Positions 37,021 to 47,311 of a stretch of 64,000 nt of DNA are shown piece by piece. The stretch covers positions 12,769-76,768 of the forward strand of contig CAMFHL010000004.1 of the NCBI GenBank assembly GCA_945952095.1. Reading direction: 5' to 3'. The number at the start of each line of letters is the position of its first letter. The stretch's first letter is position 1. A program made the translations under genes and the position numbers. Below the pieces are notes generated by a model. That model ran no database searches and was not told the origin of the DNA. It saw only the letters and a program-made list of their open reading frames with translations. This stretch comes from an uncultured Arsenicibacter sp. Lineage in GTDB: Bacteria; Bacteroidota; Bacteroidia; Cytophagales; Spirosomataceae.

Positions 37021-38166
37021 TTAAGGCATGAATCCCCATTCAGGCACGGCGAGCAGAGCCGGCAGGGCGGCCAGAAACGTATCCGGCGATTGTTCCAGAT
37101 GCTGCCGGACGCCGGCTTGTCCCGTCAGCAGGTCAAAGTGATTGGCACCGGTCAGGTTAACGTGTGTGGGGTAGGGTGCCCACGCAAATTGTGCCGGATA
37201 CATGGTCCGTAACAGATAAATCAGGGACAGTCCCGTCTGTACCGGCCGGAAGGTGGCATAGTCCATAACGTGCAGCATAATGCCCTGACATAGTTGCCGC
37301 GTGAATTTCCCGTCCAGCGGGGTAAAAAACAGCGCTCTCGCCCGTATCCCCGCCAGTTCGAGCTGATTAAACGCCCTGGCCAGCCGCACGCCATCGACCC
37401 ACGGCGCACCACACACCCGGAATGGGTAGGCCGTTCCGCGCCCTTCCGACAGATTGATTCCTTCCAGAAAGCACAGCGCCTGATAGGTGAACATCGTTCC
37501 GGCCGTCGGTATAGCCGGCGACGTCGGCACAAAGGGAACACCCAGGTCGTGAAAAAAAGCCTCCCGCGGCCAGCCTTCAGCCTTTACTATCGTCAGGTCA
37601 ACATCAATGTTCCGGTGCTGCTGCCAGTAAACGGCCAGCTCGCCGACGGTCATTGAGTGCCGGACCGGGATAGCCCAGCGCCCGATAAACGACGATAGAT
37701 GCGCTTCATCAAGCATCGGTCCTTCGGCAAGGGACAGGCGGCCACTGAGCGGGTTGGGCCGGTCAAGCACCCACAGCGGTGTCCGGGTACGGGCGCAGGC
37801 TTCGAGCGTGTAGGATAATGTCCAGATGTAGGTATAAAACCGGCTGCCAATGTCGGGTAAATCAAACAGCAGCAGGTCCAGCTGGTGCAGCAAATCTTCC
37901 GGTGGCCCGAGGCCGGGCCCGTACAGGCTGTAGACCGGCAGACCCGTCAGGTAGTCGGTCGTGTGGGGCTGGGCCTCGCCGTCGGTGCCGGTCGTCTGCA
38001 ACCCATGTTCCGGTGAAAACAGCACCTCCACCCGAAAGCCGGCTTCCAGCAGCGCCTGCCGGACAGGGATCAGGGCGGTGGTTGTAACAGCATCATTGGT
38101 TATCAGGCCAATGCGTCTGGTTTTCAGGCAGGTGTGCTCACGAAGAAAAACGTCAATACCAAACAC
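37021..38166 (-). CDS. DUF1343 protein (NamZ-like exo-beta-N-acetylmuramidase family)
   Basis: RIGLITNDAVTT and LLFDLPDIGSRFYTYIWTL patterns typical of DUF1343. Confidence 0.8.
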   Translation of the reverse strand: MFGIDVFLREHTCLKTRRIGLITNDAVTTTALIPVRQALLEAGFRVEVLFSPEHGLQTTGTDGEAQPHTTDYLTGLPVYSLYGPGLGPPEDLLHQLDLLLFDLPDIGSRFYTYIWTLSYTLEACARTRTPLWVLDRPNPLSGRLSLAEGPMLDEAHLSSFIGRWAIPVRHSMTVGELAVYWQQHRNIDVDLTIVKAEGWPREAFFHDLGVPFVPTSPAIPTAGTMFTYQALCFLEGINLSEGRGTAYPFRVCGAPWVDGVRLARAFNQLELAGIRARALFFTPLDGKFTRQLCQGIMLHVMDYATFRPVQTGLSLIYLLRTMYPAQFAWAPYPTHVNLTGANHFDLLTGQAGVRQHLEQSPDTFLAALPALLAVPEWGFMP

Positions 38167-38319
38167 GGGTGTAAACTGGTAAAAAATTTGGATGAACTGG
38201 TAAAATACCAGTTTTAGGGCTGATAAACGAAATCTTTTGCCAACGAAATAGTACGTTTGCTGGCCAAAAGCAGTAGATTTACCTAACTACGGATCACAAA
38301 CATTATACAAACCTGAACC

Positions 38320-39618
38320 ATGTCTACTCGTCGTTCCTTCTTTCGTCAGGCGGGGGCTGCTGCGGCCAGCGCCATTACCCTGCCCGGATTCATGCCGGAA
38401 GCCTATGCGGAAAACCTGCAACGGCATATGCCTGCCCACCTGAGTCCGGCAAAACTGGCGCAGGATGAGGATTTCTGGGCATGGATCAAGTCCGATTACA
38501 CGGTTTCACCAAACATTCTGAACCTGAACAACGGGGGCGTTTGTCCGCAGCCAAAGATTGTGCAGGATGCGCACATTCGTTTTTATCAGTACGCCAACGA
38601 GGCACCGTCGTACTACATGTGGCGGATTCTGGACCAGGGGCGTGAGTCGCTCCGGAGCAAACTGGCCAATCTGGCGGGCTGCTCAGCCGAAGAAATCGCC
38701 ATTAACCGGAACGCGACCGAGGGACTGAATACCGTTATCTTCGGTCTGAACCTGAAGCCGGGCGATGAGGTGGTGCTCACCAAACAGGATTACCCGAACA
38801 TGCTGAACGCGTGGAAACAACGCGAAAAGCGCGACGGGATCAAACTGGTGTACCTGAACCTCGACCTGCCGCAGGAAAACGATGAGTATTTTGTGGAGCA
38901 ATATACCAAAGCGTTCACGTCGAAAACAAAGGTCGTACACATCACCCACCTCATCAACTGGGTCGGGCAGATTACACCGGTCCGGAAAATTGCCGATGAG
39001 GCCCACAAGCGTGGTATCGAAGTAATCGCCGACGGAGCGCATACATTTGGCCTTTTCGACTTTAAAATTCCGGACCTTGGCTGCGATTATTTTGCGTCGA
39101 GCCTGCACAAGTGGCTTTGCGCACCGTTTGGCAGCGGGCTGATGTATGTCCGGAGAGACAAGATCAAAAACGTCTGGGCCCTGCTGTCGAACAACGAACC
39201 CGACGGGCCGGATATCCGCAAGTTCGAAAGCCTGGGCACCCGTTCGTTTGCCTCCGAAATGGCCATCGGCACCGCCGTTGACTACCACGAAGGCATTGGC
39301 ACCGCCCGCAAATTTGCCCGCGTCCATTACCTCAAAAATTACTGGGCCGAACGGGTGAAAAACATTCCCGGCGTGCGCCTGCATACCTCGCTGAAACCGG
39401 AATATGCCGGTGGCGTGGCCCTGTTTTCCATTGATGGCATGAAGCCCTCGGAGGTGGACAGTGCGCTCTTCAGCCAGCATAAAATCCATACGGTGGGTAT
39501 TGAGTGGGAGAATATCAAAGGTGTCCGGGTAACACCGCACATCTATACCTCTACCCGCGACCTCGACCGGCTGGTCAATGCTATCGAAGATATTAGTAGC
39601 AAACGCAAGAAAAGTTAA
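38320..39618 (+). CDS. Class-V (PLP) aminotransferase / isopenicillin-N-epimerase-like enzyme with Tat signal
   Basis: TRRSFFRQAGAAAAS signal. PLP-lysine context SSLHKWLCAPFGSG. Confidence 0.8.
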   Translation: MSTRRSFFRQAGAAAASAITLPGFMPEAYAENLQRHMPAHLSPAKLAQDEDFWAWIKSDYTVSPNILNLNNGGVCPQPKIVQDAHIRFYQYANEAPSYYMWRILDQGRESLRSKLANLAGCSAEEIAINRNATEGLNTVIFGLNLKPGDEVVLTKQDYPNMLNAWKQREKRDGIKLVYLNLDLPQENDEYFVEQYTKAFTSKTKVVHITHLINWVGQITPVRKIADEAHKRGIEVIADGAHTFGLFDFKIPDLGCDYFASSLHKWLCAPFGSGLMYVRRDKIKNVWALLSNNEPDGPDIRKFESLGTRSFASEMAIGTAVDYHEGIGTARKFARVHYLKNYWAERVKNIPGVRLHTSLKPEYAGGVALFSIDGMKPSEVDSALFSQHKIHTVGIEWENIKGVRVTPHIYTSTRDLDRLVNAIEDISSKRKKS

Positions 39619-39708
39619 AACTGTGATTACGAAATTGTGAATAATGGTGACATATGGGCAATATAACGGGCATTGGGTAGTTATATTGAAAACCTTGGCT
39701 CATCCTTT

Positions 39709-40092
39709 ATGAAAGCATTAGTACTTACATTAATTGGCTGCTTCTGGGCGGTCTTTGCGTCGGCGCAGGTGTATGTAGACGGCGAAAACATTAATCAGAA
39801 AGACATTCAGTATTGCCAGCTGTTTGCCACCAATCCGACATTACTTTCCCGGTCATTTGCCTGGATTGATTATGGGCAGCGCGGGCACGCAAACAACTGG
39901 CGGAAAACAGAGATTGCGGGCGAAGACCGTAAGCCAATCATCTTTAATTCGACCATGGACGCGCTGAATTTTATGGTCAGAAATGGCTGGGACCTTGTGT
40001 CAACGGCGGTTAGCGCCGATAAAGACGGCAGTACGACGGTATTCACCTATCTGCTGCGGAAAAGGCCGGTGATTGGCGTTGTACCGGAATAA
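39709..40092 (+). CDS. Hypothetical secreted protein
   Basis: ORF 39673 (TTG) trimmed to ATG 39709 (MKALVLTLIGCFWAVFASAQ signal peptide). Confidence 0.5.
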   Translation: MKALVLTLIGCFWAVFASAQVYVDGENINQKDIQYCQLFATNPTLLSRSFAWIDYGQRGHANNWRKTEIAGEDRKPIIFNSTMDALNFMVRNGWDLVSTAVSADKDGSTTVFTYLLRKRPVIGVVPE

Positions 40093-40104
40093 ACAGAAAA
40101 AGAC

Positions 40105-40146
40105 CGGCCGCCGCCGTCAGGATCAGATGCCTGACGGCGGCGGCCG
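40105..40146. terminator. 17-bp-stem GC-rich hairpin between convergent genes
   Basis: CGGCCGCCGCCGTCAGG-atcagatg-CCTGACGGCGGCGGCCG, 13 nt after the stop at 40092. Confidence 0.7.
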
Positions 40147-40176
40147 CGTTATATAAACAGATTAAAATAAAACGGT

Positions 40177-40599
40177 TTACGCAACGTCCCAGCGGATGTT
40201 GACGTCCTGTACAATATCAGGGTGCAGGCTGATGGCAACCGGGCAGGTATGGGCAATCTTTTCGAGTTTGGTCCGGATCGCTTCTTCCGGCAGGCCGGTG
40301 GTTGTCCGCAGTGTCAGTTCCACTTCGATCCGGCTGATCCGGCGGGGAGCATCCGTCGACATTACTTTCGTCACGGCCATTTCGCTGCCAGTCAGGTCAA
40401 CACCGTCGCGGCGGCCGAAAATTGCCATGGTGGTGATGATGCACGTACCCAGCGCATTAGCGACCAGGTCAGTTGGTGAGAACGCTTCGCCCTTGCCCTG
40501 ATTATCAGTCGGAGCGTCGGTATTGATGAGCGTTCCCGACTGGAGATGTGTGCATTCTGTGCGTAAATCGCCGATGTAATTGATATGAATGGTTGCCAT
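40177..40599 (-). CDS. OsmC-family peroxiredoxin-like protein
   Basis: 140 aa. OsmC pattern (GKGEAFSPTDLVANALGTCIITTM ... IAHTCPV). Confidence 0.85.
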   Translation of the reverse strand: MATIHINYIGDLRTECTHLQSGTLINTDAPTDNQGKGEAFSPTDLVANALGTCIITTMAIFGRRDGVDLTGSEMAVTKVMSTDAPRRISRIEVELTLRTTTGLPEEAIRTKLEKIAHTCPVAISLHPDIVQDVNIRWDVA

Positions 40600-40764
40600 A
40601 TATGCAGGTCGCCGAGGTTATTAGTAAGAATATGGGTAAAAATAGGGATTCATTACCCAGACTTACAAACTTACACGCCTTAAAAGCAGTTAGGTTGAAA
40701 GCCGGGGCACTTGTATTGGATATAAAAGAGAAAGTATTATTTTTATTCGTTGAATTCTACTGTA

Positions 40765-41520
40765 ATGCAAACGATATACAAATGGTGGTGTGTGGCGGTT
40801 ACCTTTGGGCTGCTGGCATCGGTTAGTGCGAACGGACAGGTAAAGCCAGCTGACAGCGACGATGATAATTACCATTCCGTAACGTCATTGGGAATTACCA
40901 CGAATACCAATGCGGGCTTGCTCGGCGGGTTTGTATTCCGGCAGTCGAAGCTGTTGCCGGGGACATTTCTGGGTAAAAAGCAGTTCCGGTATCTGGCCAT
41001 TGAAGCGGTGAACGTGAAGCACCCGAAAGAGATTGCACAGATGGCAAGCTACTCGGGTACGCGGTTTACGTACGGTAAGCAAAACTACCTGTTTGTCATC
41101 CGGCCGCAATACGGGCGGGAGATTTCGCTCTTCCAGCGCTCGGCCGATGAGGGCATCACCATCAACGGCATCTTTGCGGTAGGACCGTCATTAGGTATCA
41201 TCAAGCCCTATTATGTAGAAATTTCGGAAGGCAACCGGACCCGTACCGTTTCGTATGCAACAGCCGTTAAAAACTCCAGCAGCATCAGTGGTGCCGGTGG
41301 TTTTTTCCAGGGCTTCGGCGAGTCGAAATTCACGGTAGGTGTTAACGTAAAAGCCGCCGTCAGTTTTGAATTAAGTGCGTTCCGCAACAACACAACGGGT
41401 CTCGAAATCGGCTTCCTGGCCGAAGCATTCCCGCAGAAAATTGTGATTATGCCCGGCGCCCAGAACCGCAGCTTTTTCACGTCCGGCTTCGTAAGCCTTT
41501 ATTTCGGTTCCAAAAAGTAG
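40765..41520 (+). CDS. Hypothetical secreted protein (possibly outer-membrane beta-strand rich)
   Basis: ORF 40750 (TTG) trimmed to ATG 40765 (MQTIYKWWCVAVTFGLLASVSANGQ signal). Confidence 0.5.
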   Translation: MQTIYKWWCVAVTFGLLASVSANGQVKPADSDDDNYHSVTSLGITTNTNAGLLGGFVFRQSKLLPGTFLGKKQFRYLAIEAVNVKHPKEIAQMASYSGTRFTYGKQNYLFVIRPQYGREISLFQRSADEGITINGIFAVGPSLGIIKPYYVEISEGNRTRTVSYATAVKNSSSISGAGGFFQGFGESKFTVGVNVKAAVSFELSAFRNNTTGLEIGFLAEAFPQKIVIMPGAQNRSFFTSGFVSLYFGSKK

Positions 41521-41564
41521 AGACGCAATATGTTGCGTCTCAGTCTCAAAACATATCATTAGTT

Positions 41565-41612
41565 AGTGGTGGCACGATGCTGAGGGGACAGCCCTCCGTT
41601 CGTGCCACCACT
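41565..41612 (+). terminator. Nested 13-bp + 5-bp hairpin between co-directional genes
   Basis: AGTGGTGGCACGA-tgct-GAGGG-gacag-CCCTC-cgt-TCGTGCCACCACT. Preceded by a smaller hairpin AGACGCAA-tatg-TTGCGTCT (41521-41540). Confidence 0.55.
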
Positions 41613-41629
41613 GTTTCAGGCCATTCCTT

Positions 41630-42505
41630 ATGCGGAAATACATTACGCTCCTGTTCCTGTTGCCGGTCTTAACTTTTGCTCAGCGCCCAAAGCCGGTAAA
41701 TGTTATTCCATTCCGGCTGACGTCTCATAATAACCTCGCTGTCAAGGTAGTTCTGAACGGGAAAGACACCGTTGATCTGATGTTTCATACTGCCGCCAAC
41801 GCTGTTACGCTGACGGACGAAGCATTGCAGCGGGTCAAAAGTCTGGTGTTCAGCGGTGCCGATACCGTAAAAAGCTGGGGTGGCAGTCAGAATACATCGC
41901 GGCTCAGTAAGCAGAATCTGGTGCAGATTGGTGGCCAGTCATGGCCGGATACGCCGATCTGGGAAAACAAAAACTCCGGTCCCGAAACCGACGGTAAGTT
42001 CGGCATTGACCTGTTTGCCGGTAACGTCATTGAGATCGATTTCGACAAAAGCCGGCTTGTTATCCACAATACCTTGCCCCGCAAGGTAAAGGACTACGAA
42101 AAACAACCACTGACGTTCCGCAACGACATGCTGTTTCTCGAAGGTGGTTGTCTGGTTGGCGGGGAAACGCTTCGTAACCGGTTTTTGCTGCACTCGGGTT
42201 ATTCGGGGGCGTTGTTGTTCGATGATCAGTTTACGAACGAGCATAAACTGCCCGAAAAGCTCACCATCACCGACGAAAAAGAGCTGAAGGACTCCTTTGG
42301 TAACGTCATCAAAACACAAAAGGCGATTTTGCCTGCGTTCGTTGTCGGTAAGGAAACCATTACCAATGTGCTGGCCGGTTTCTTCAAGGGGGCGCTCGGT
42401 CGTCAGCAAATGAGCATCCTCGGCGGCGAGCTGCTGAAGCGCTTTAACCTGATCATTGATGCCAAACGGGAGTTTATTTATCTGAAAAAGAGTCATTTGG
42501 GTTAG
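41630..42505 (+). CDS. Hypothetical secreted protein (weak retropepsin-like resemblance, catalytic Asp not evident)
   Basis: Signal peptide. VVLNGKDTVDLMFHTAANAVTL resembles the aspartyl-protease-2 pattern but has HTAAN instead of DTGA. Confidence 0.45.
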   Translation: MRKYITLLFLLPVLTFAQRPKPVNVIPFRLTSHNNLAVKVVLNGKDTVDLMFHTAANAVTLTDEALQRVKSLVFSGADTVKSWGGSQNTSRLSKQNLVQIGGQSWPDTPIWENKNSGPETDGKFGIDLFAGNVIEIDFDKSRLVIHNTLPRKVKDYEKQPLTFRNDMLFLEGGCLVGGETLRNRFLLHSGYSGALLFDDQFTNEHKLPEKLTITDEKELKDSFGNVIKTQKAILPAFVVGKETITNVLAGFFKGALGRQQMSILGGELLKRFNLIIDAKREFIYLKKSHLG

Positions 42506-42507
42506 CC

Positions 42508-43737
42508 TTATCCCATGTCTGCTGTTTTAGGACGCAGGGAATACAACGATATAACCAGGGCCAGTAACACAATTACTGACAGCATGGCAAAGCTGCTGCC
42601 CAGCTGTCCGGCATCGGTTGATTTACCCAGCTGGTTTGTGATAAACGCCCCCGCGAAAACGCCGGTCATGTTCATCAGTCCGTAGGCTGTTGCGCGGCTG
42701 CGCGCCGGTACAAACTGACACAGGATCGGCATGTTGTTGGCGTCGAACATGCCGAAGCCTACGCCAAAGCAGAACGCTGCCCCCAGAATGTGCGCCAGTG
42801 AATGCCCGAACCCGATCAGCAGCAGCGACGGGATGGTCAGAAACAAGCCGATGGCGCTGGTGTACATCCGGCCCCGGATATTGGTCTGAACCCACCGGTC
42901 GGAGAGCAATCCGCCGGCAATTACCCCGATAAATGATGACACGGCAATGGTAATGGTCGACAAAGGGCCGGCCTGCGTCATGTTGATGTTCAGGTTGTTG
43001 GCAAACAGCGTCGGCAGCCAGTTTTTGGTTGCCCAGCCCGGCAGACTGGGAATGGCGTAATACAGTAAAATAATCAGGAACGAAGCATTGGTGAGCAGGT
43101 GCCGGATGGCCTGAAACGCCGGGAGCCGGTCGGTATCGGCCGGAGTTGGCTGGCCGGCCTGCGGACGGGCTTCTTTCAGAAACAGGAGCAGGACGCCGGC
43201 ATATACCACACCAACGAGCCCGAAAGCCTGAAAGGTAGTTTGCCACGAATACGAACCGGCGATAGTGGCCCCGAAGCCGCCGAGCGCCTGACCCATATAC
43301 AGGCCCGTCATGTGAATGCCCGTTGCCAGCGACCGCGTTCGTGAGCTGTGAACATCAGCGATGAGCGACAGGCCCGCCGGAATGTAAATGGCCTCACTGA
43401 TACCCATGACTGCCCGCAGCCCGTACAATTGTTCAAAGGTGGTGGCATAGCCCATCAGCAGTGTTACCCCCGACCAGATAAACAGGCTGCCGGTAATGAG
43501 CCATTTGCGGTTCAGCCGGTCGGCGATCACGCCCGACAGGGGGCTCATCAACCCGTAAATCCAGAGAAAAATGGCCATGAGGTTGCCAAAGCTAGTCGCC
43601 GATTGCAGTTCGGTAATGTCGCCCTGCATGGCCGGCCGCATGGTCGCCAGCATTTGCCGGTCGAGGTAATTCAGCATGGCCACAAACCACAGCAGGCCAA
43701 CAACAATCCACGGGTAAAGGCTTTTTTTCGGATGCAT
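42508..43737 (-). CDS. MFS transporter (probable sialate/amino-sugar permease of the nan locus)
   Basis: ORF trimmed to ATG 43737 (MHPKKSLYPWIVVGLLWF), 1 nt after the GH20 stop. 12-TM MFS pattern (DRLNRKW loop). Confidence 0.8.
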   Translation of the reverse strand: MHPKKSLYPWIVVGLLWFVAMLNYLDRQMLATMRPAMQGDITELQSATSFGNLMAIFLWIYGLMSPLSGVIADRLNRKWLITGSLFIWSGVTLLMGYATTFEQLYGLRAVMGISEAIYIPAGLSLIADVHSSRTRSLATGIHMTGLYMGQALGGFGATIAGSYSWQTTFQAFGLVGVVYAGVLLLFLKEARPQAGQPTPADTDRLPAFQAIRHLLTNASFLIILLYYAIPSLPGWATKNWLPTLFANNLNINMTQAGPLSTITIAVSSFIGVIAGGLLSDRWVQTNIRGRMYTSAIGLFLTIPSLLLIGFGHSLAHILGAAFCFGVGFGMFDANNMPILCQFVPARSRATAYGLMNMTGVFAGAFITNQLGKSTDAGQLGSSFAMLSVIVLLALVISLYSLRPKTADMG

Positions 43738-43738
43738 G

Positions 43739-45742
43739 TTAAGGTTTCGAAAACGTTTTATCGGGCGAAAAAATGAGTTCACCGGCCGTCACCCAATGAC
43801 CGCTCGCCGGGTCCTGCCGCACAAAAACGCAGGTGAACAGCCATTTTACCAGCCGGTAGTCTTTGGTACTGAAGGCACCAACCGGTAGTTTGACCAGGAG
43901 TTTATTCCAGCCTTTGTGCAGGGTAATGCTCACCGGCGGGCGCAGCTCATACGGTTCATCGCGGTAGGGCTGTTCCATACCGGAGGGGTGAAGGCCCGGC
44001 TGTGTCCACTGCGGCGGGCGTATTTCGGCGTCGTTTACCCAGATGCGGCTGCCTTTATAGTCCCACGTTCCGGCCATCGGCGAAGCATCCTTCTCTGACC
44101 GGCCGTAGTTATGAAAGTCAATCCAGGCGCCGGCTTGCTGCTCCCCGGGCGAATACACATAGGTGTACGCATAAGCCGTATGGTTTGGCTGCGGCGCATC
44201 GAGCCAGGCACGTACTACCTGCGGCCCCCAGGTATGCCGAAGGTAAATGGTTGCGCCGGTAACGTCAATGCCGGGGAAATCCAGCTGACCGGTTTCCGGC
44301 GGGAAAACTGTATCTAACCGGCCGTTATTCGGAAAGGGATTCAGCAACCGCCAGTGTAGCGACTGCTGCCGGACATACGGAAAAGAAAGACCACGGAAAT
44401 ACTGCTTTTTATGGGCCAGCAACCGGTTTTCAAACGCGGCAAAGGCGGCTTTATCGGTCAGCACCACGCCTTGTCCGGTTTCCGGTTGCCCGCCGCCGCG
44501 CCATGCCCGTTCGGCAAGCGTCAGCATAAGGGGATAGAAGCCATTCAGGGTCTCAATCTGCGTTAGGTCAGCGGGTTTCCGGTCGTTCCATACACAGCCA
44601 ATGGCCCCCAGCCGCGTCGGTGATCCTTCGGTCGTATCACACAGGTTCCGCTGGAAAATACCAATCAGATCGGCCTGGGTAGCGGCATGATTAACATACA
44701 GATTCCTTGATTCGATGACAGGCATGGGCGGCAGGGGTTTATTGTTGCGGACCCAAAGCTGCCGGATTATGCCGGGGGCCATAGCCGCGCCGGGATACCA
44801 GCCAATGACCTGTTTGCCACACTGCTGCACTTCGGCTACCATCTCGCCGACGAACGCGGGGTCTTTAAACGCTACTTCGTCGGTGCCCAGATGCAGGTAG
44901 GGTACATCGAACAGGGCGCAGGCTTCACGGATGAGTTTTTTGACCAGCACTTTCCCTTCCGGCGACTGCATGTTGTGGCCCGTTGCCCGTTCGAAGGCGG
45001 CGCTGTGGCCGGGCATATCCAGTTCGGGAATCAGCAGGACATGGCGCGCTTTACAGAAACTGACCAGCTCGCGGGCTTGCTGTTTGGTGTAAAATAGACC
45101 CGGATCGCGCAGGGTAACGGCCGGATTGGTCAGGTTGGGCAGACTGTCGCTTTGCAGCCGCCAGGCAAGGTCTTCGGTCAGGTGCCAGTGAAATACATTG
45201 ATCTTGTACGCCGACAGCTGGTCTATGTGTTGCTTAAGCGTGTCGAAGGGAATAAAGCTGCGGCCGGTATCGTGCATAAAACCGCGGACCGGAAACGCCG
45301 GATAATCCGTGATATGGCAACCGGCAAAACGCACCGGCCCCGGCTGAAGCAACTGGCGCAGTGTCTGATACGCTCTGAACAGACCGGTCTCGGAAGCGCC
45401 GGTCAGGGTAATGCGGCGGCGCGTGATGGTTAGGGTATAGCCTTCCGGCCGCTTGCTGAGTACGCCGCCCGAGTCGATCCGTAACACAATGACCGGTTGC
45501 GTTCCTGATGGTTTTCCCACGTATACCGCTGCCTGACTGATTTGCCGGATAAACGCCGCTACTGACTCGCCCACCGCTCCGGCCGCCGGTACCGTGGGGT
45601 GTATGGCCACCGTGCCGGTTAGTATAAATGACTCACGGGTCCACACCAGCCGCTGCGGGGCCGGCAACAATGCCGGAGGTGATTGCGTTGCCAAACTGGT
45701 AACGGACAGCAGCAGAACGAAAAAAATCAGTAGACGGATCAT
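43739..45742 (-). CDS. Beta-N-acetylhexosaminidase (GH20)
   Basis: Signal peptide. RGFMHDTGRSF, INVFHWHLTEDLAWR and YLHLGTDEV motifs. Confidence 0.9.
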   Translation of the reverse strand: MIRLLIFFVLLLSVTSLATQSPPALLPAPQRLVWTRESFILTGTVAIHPTVPAAGAVGESVAAFIRQISQAAVYVGKPSGTQPVIVLRIDSGGVLSKRPEGYTLTITRRRITLTGASETGLFRAYQTLRQLLQPGPVRFAGCHITDYPAFPVRGFMHDTGRSFIPFDTLKQHIDQLSAYKINVFHWHLTEDLAWRLQSDSLPNLTNPAVTLRDPGLFYTKQQARELVSFCKARHVLLIPELDMPGHSAAFERATGHNMQSPEGKVLVKKLIREACALFDVPYLHLGTDEVAFKDPAFVGEMVAEVQQCGKQVIGWYPGAAMAPGIIRQLWVRNNKPLPPMPVIESRNLYVNHAATQADLIGIFQRNLCDTTEGSPTRLGAIGCVWNDRKPADLTQIETLNGFYPLMLTLAERAWRGGGQPETGQGVVLTDKAAFAAFENRLLAHKKQYFRGLSFPYVRQQSLHWRLLNPFPNNGRLDTVFPPETGQLDFPGIDVTGATIYLRHTWGPQVVRAWLDAPQPNHTAYAYTYVYSPGEQQAGAWIDFHNYGRSEKDASPMAGTWDYKGSRIWVNDAEIRPPQWTQPGLHPSGMEQPYRDEPYELRPPVSITLHKGWNKLLVKLPVGAFSTKDYRLVKWLFTCVFVRQDPASGHWVTAGELIFSPDKTFSKP

Positions 45743-47301
45743 GGGAGGGGTATGCGGAATGTGGTTAACGGCAGCCCGTCGCTGTTGACTACATTGGCGG
45801 TTGTAAAGGGTTGCCAGCCATAGTACAGATAGCGCTCCGTGGCTGATGCCTGACCGGTAAGCCGAATGGTTGCGCCATCGGCAACGGCTGTGAGGTCGGT
45901 TGTCGGGCCGGTAGCATCGCCAATGGCAAAGCCGTGCACCGTCTGCCCGTTGCCGGTACGCAGACCGTTGCCGGTATCAGACAGGGTCAGTTGCCAGCCG
46001 GTGGCTGTCCGGACAAGTTGCCGGGGTTTGGGGGCCGATACTAATGTTTGTCCGTACGTGCTGATCAGAATCTCCCGCGCCAGCCGTTGGCCGACTGTCT
46101 TTTTGTTGGTCGGGTGCACGTCGGTCGGGTGGCCCAGATCGCTGGTAACCGCCATTCCCGTGTAGGGAATCTGTTCTGCCAGTCGCCGCTGGCTATCACG
46201 GAATAAAGGCCAGTGTTCTGATTTATAGCCTTTTTCGGTGCTGATAGATGACAGCTGGCAACTGTAAACCGGCAGGTCGGGCTGGTGCCGGTTTTGCCGC
46301 CACTGGGCGACCATCGCCGGAAACAAGGTTTCGTGCTGCTCTACACGGGCCAGACTGAGGGCATTGCTTTCTCCCTGATACCAGAGGATGCCCTTTATTG
46401 CCAGTTGATTCAGCGGGGCGATGGCGGCAGCATACAGAAAACCGGGCTTATAAGGATGATTGTACCCCAGGGCATCGCGGGGAACAGCCACATCAGCACG
46501 GATTAACGCATCCAGATTTTCATGCCCCCGCTGAATGCACCACGGCTCAAGGGCTTGATTTGCCCACCAGTCGCCGCTGAAAAAGACCGACAGCGGACCG
46601 TTCGTGACAGGCGGCACCCATGCTTCGGCCGGTGAGCCCCCAACCGCTACGTGAATCAGGCCAATGGGGATGTGCAGTGCTTCCTGCAAGGCTAGTCCGG
46701 TATAAAAGCCAACGGCTGAAAACGGCCGTGCCGTAACCGAATCGGCGGTTTGCCAGGGCGTTGGGGTGAAATACCGGTCGGGGTAGAGGTTAGCTGCCTC
46801 GTTGGTGGTGAACGGCTGATTGTATTGAAACGCGCCGGGCAGCCGGTTCCAGAGCCGGATGTGCGGATAGCTGGCCCCCGCCAGTGTCCGGGCCGCAAAC
46901 TGTTCACGGACCATCGGAAATGCCATGTTCGACTGACCGGCACAAAGCCATACATCACCGACAAGGATGTTGGTCAGCACCAGCTGCGCAGTGCCGGCCC
47001 GTACACGAAGTTCAGCAGGGATGGCCGAGGCCTTCCGGGCCGGCAGACGTACCTGCCAGCCGGAATCAGGCGCAATACGGACCTTCGCAACCGACGGGCC
47101 AAACGAAACGGTAACGGTCTGACCGGGTATACCCCATCCCCAAACCGTTACCGGCTGGTCGCGCTGAACCACCATGCCCGATTGCCAGACATCGGCCAGC
47201 TGAAGTTGCGGCAACCGACGTTGCGCCAACCGCGGTTGCGCCGGAACGGCGGCCGGCCAGGTCAACACCAAGCACAATATGCAAAGAAGGCGCTGCATCA
47301 T
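45739..47301 (-). CDS. Sialate O-acetylesterase (SASA/DUF303 family)
   Basis: ORF trimmed to ATG 47301 (MMQRLLCILCLVLTWPAAVPAQ signal). GDVWLCAGQSNMAFPM catalytic motif. 4-nt overlap with GH20. Confidence 0.85.
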   Translation of the reverse strand: MMQRLLCILCLVLTWPAAVPAQPRLAQRRLPQLQLADVWQSGMVVQRDQPVTVWGWGIPGQTVTVSFGPSVAKVRIAPDSGWQVRLPARKASAIPAELRVRAGTAQLVLTNILVGDVWLCAGQSNMAFPMVREQFAARTLAGASYPHIRLWNRLPGAFQYNQPFTTNEAANLYPDRYFTPTPWQTADSVTARPFSAVGFYTGLALQEALHIPIGLIHVAVGGSPAEAWVPPVTNGPLSVFFSGDWWANQALEPWCIQRGHENLDALIRADVAVPRDALGYNHPYKPGFLYAAAIAPLNQLAIKGILWYQGESNALSLARVEQHETLFPAMVAQWRQNRHQPDLPVYSCQLSSISTEKGYKSEHWPLFRDSQRRLAEQIPYTGMAVTSDLGHPTDVHPTNKKTVGQRLAREILISTYGQTLVSAPKPRQLVRTATGWQLTLSDTGNGLRTGNGQTVHGFAIGDATGPTTDLTAVADGATIRLTGQASATERYLYYGWQPFTTANVVNSDGLPLTTFRIPLP

Positions 47302-47311
47302 ACCAACCGGT

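Noticed and set aside
14284-41612. Possible shared family between hairpins 14284-14322 and 41565-41612 (both contain GTGGTGG / CCACCAC arms)
   Set aside because: Only the short G/T-rich core is shared. Arm lengths, loops and flanks differ, so these are treated as independent terminator-like hairpins.
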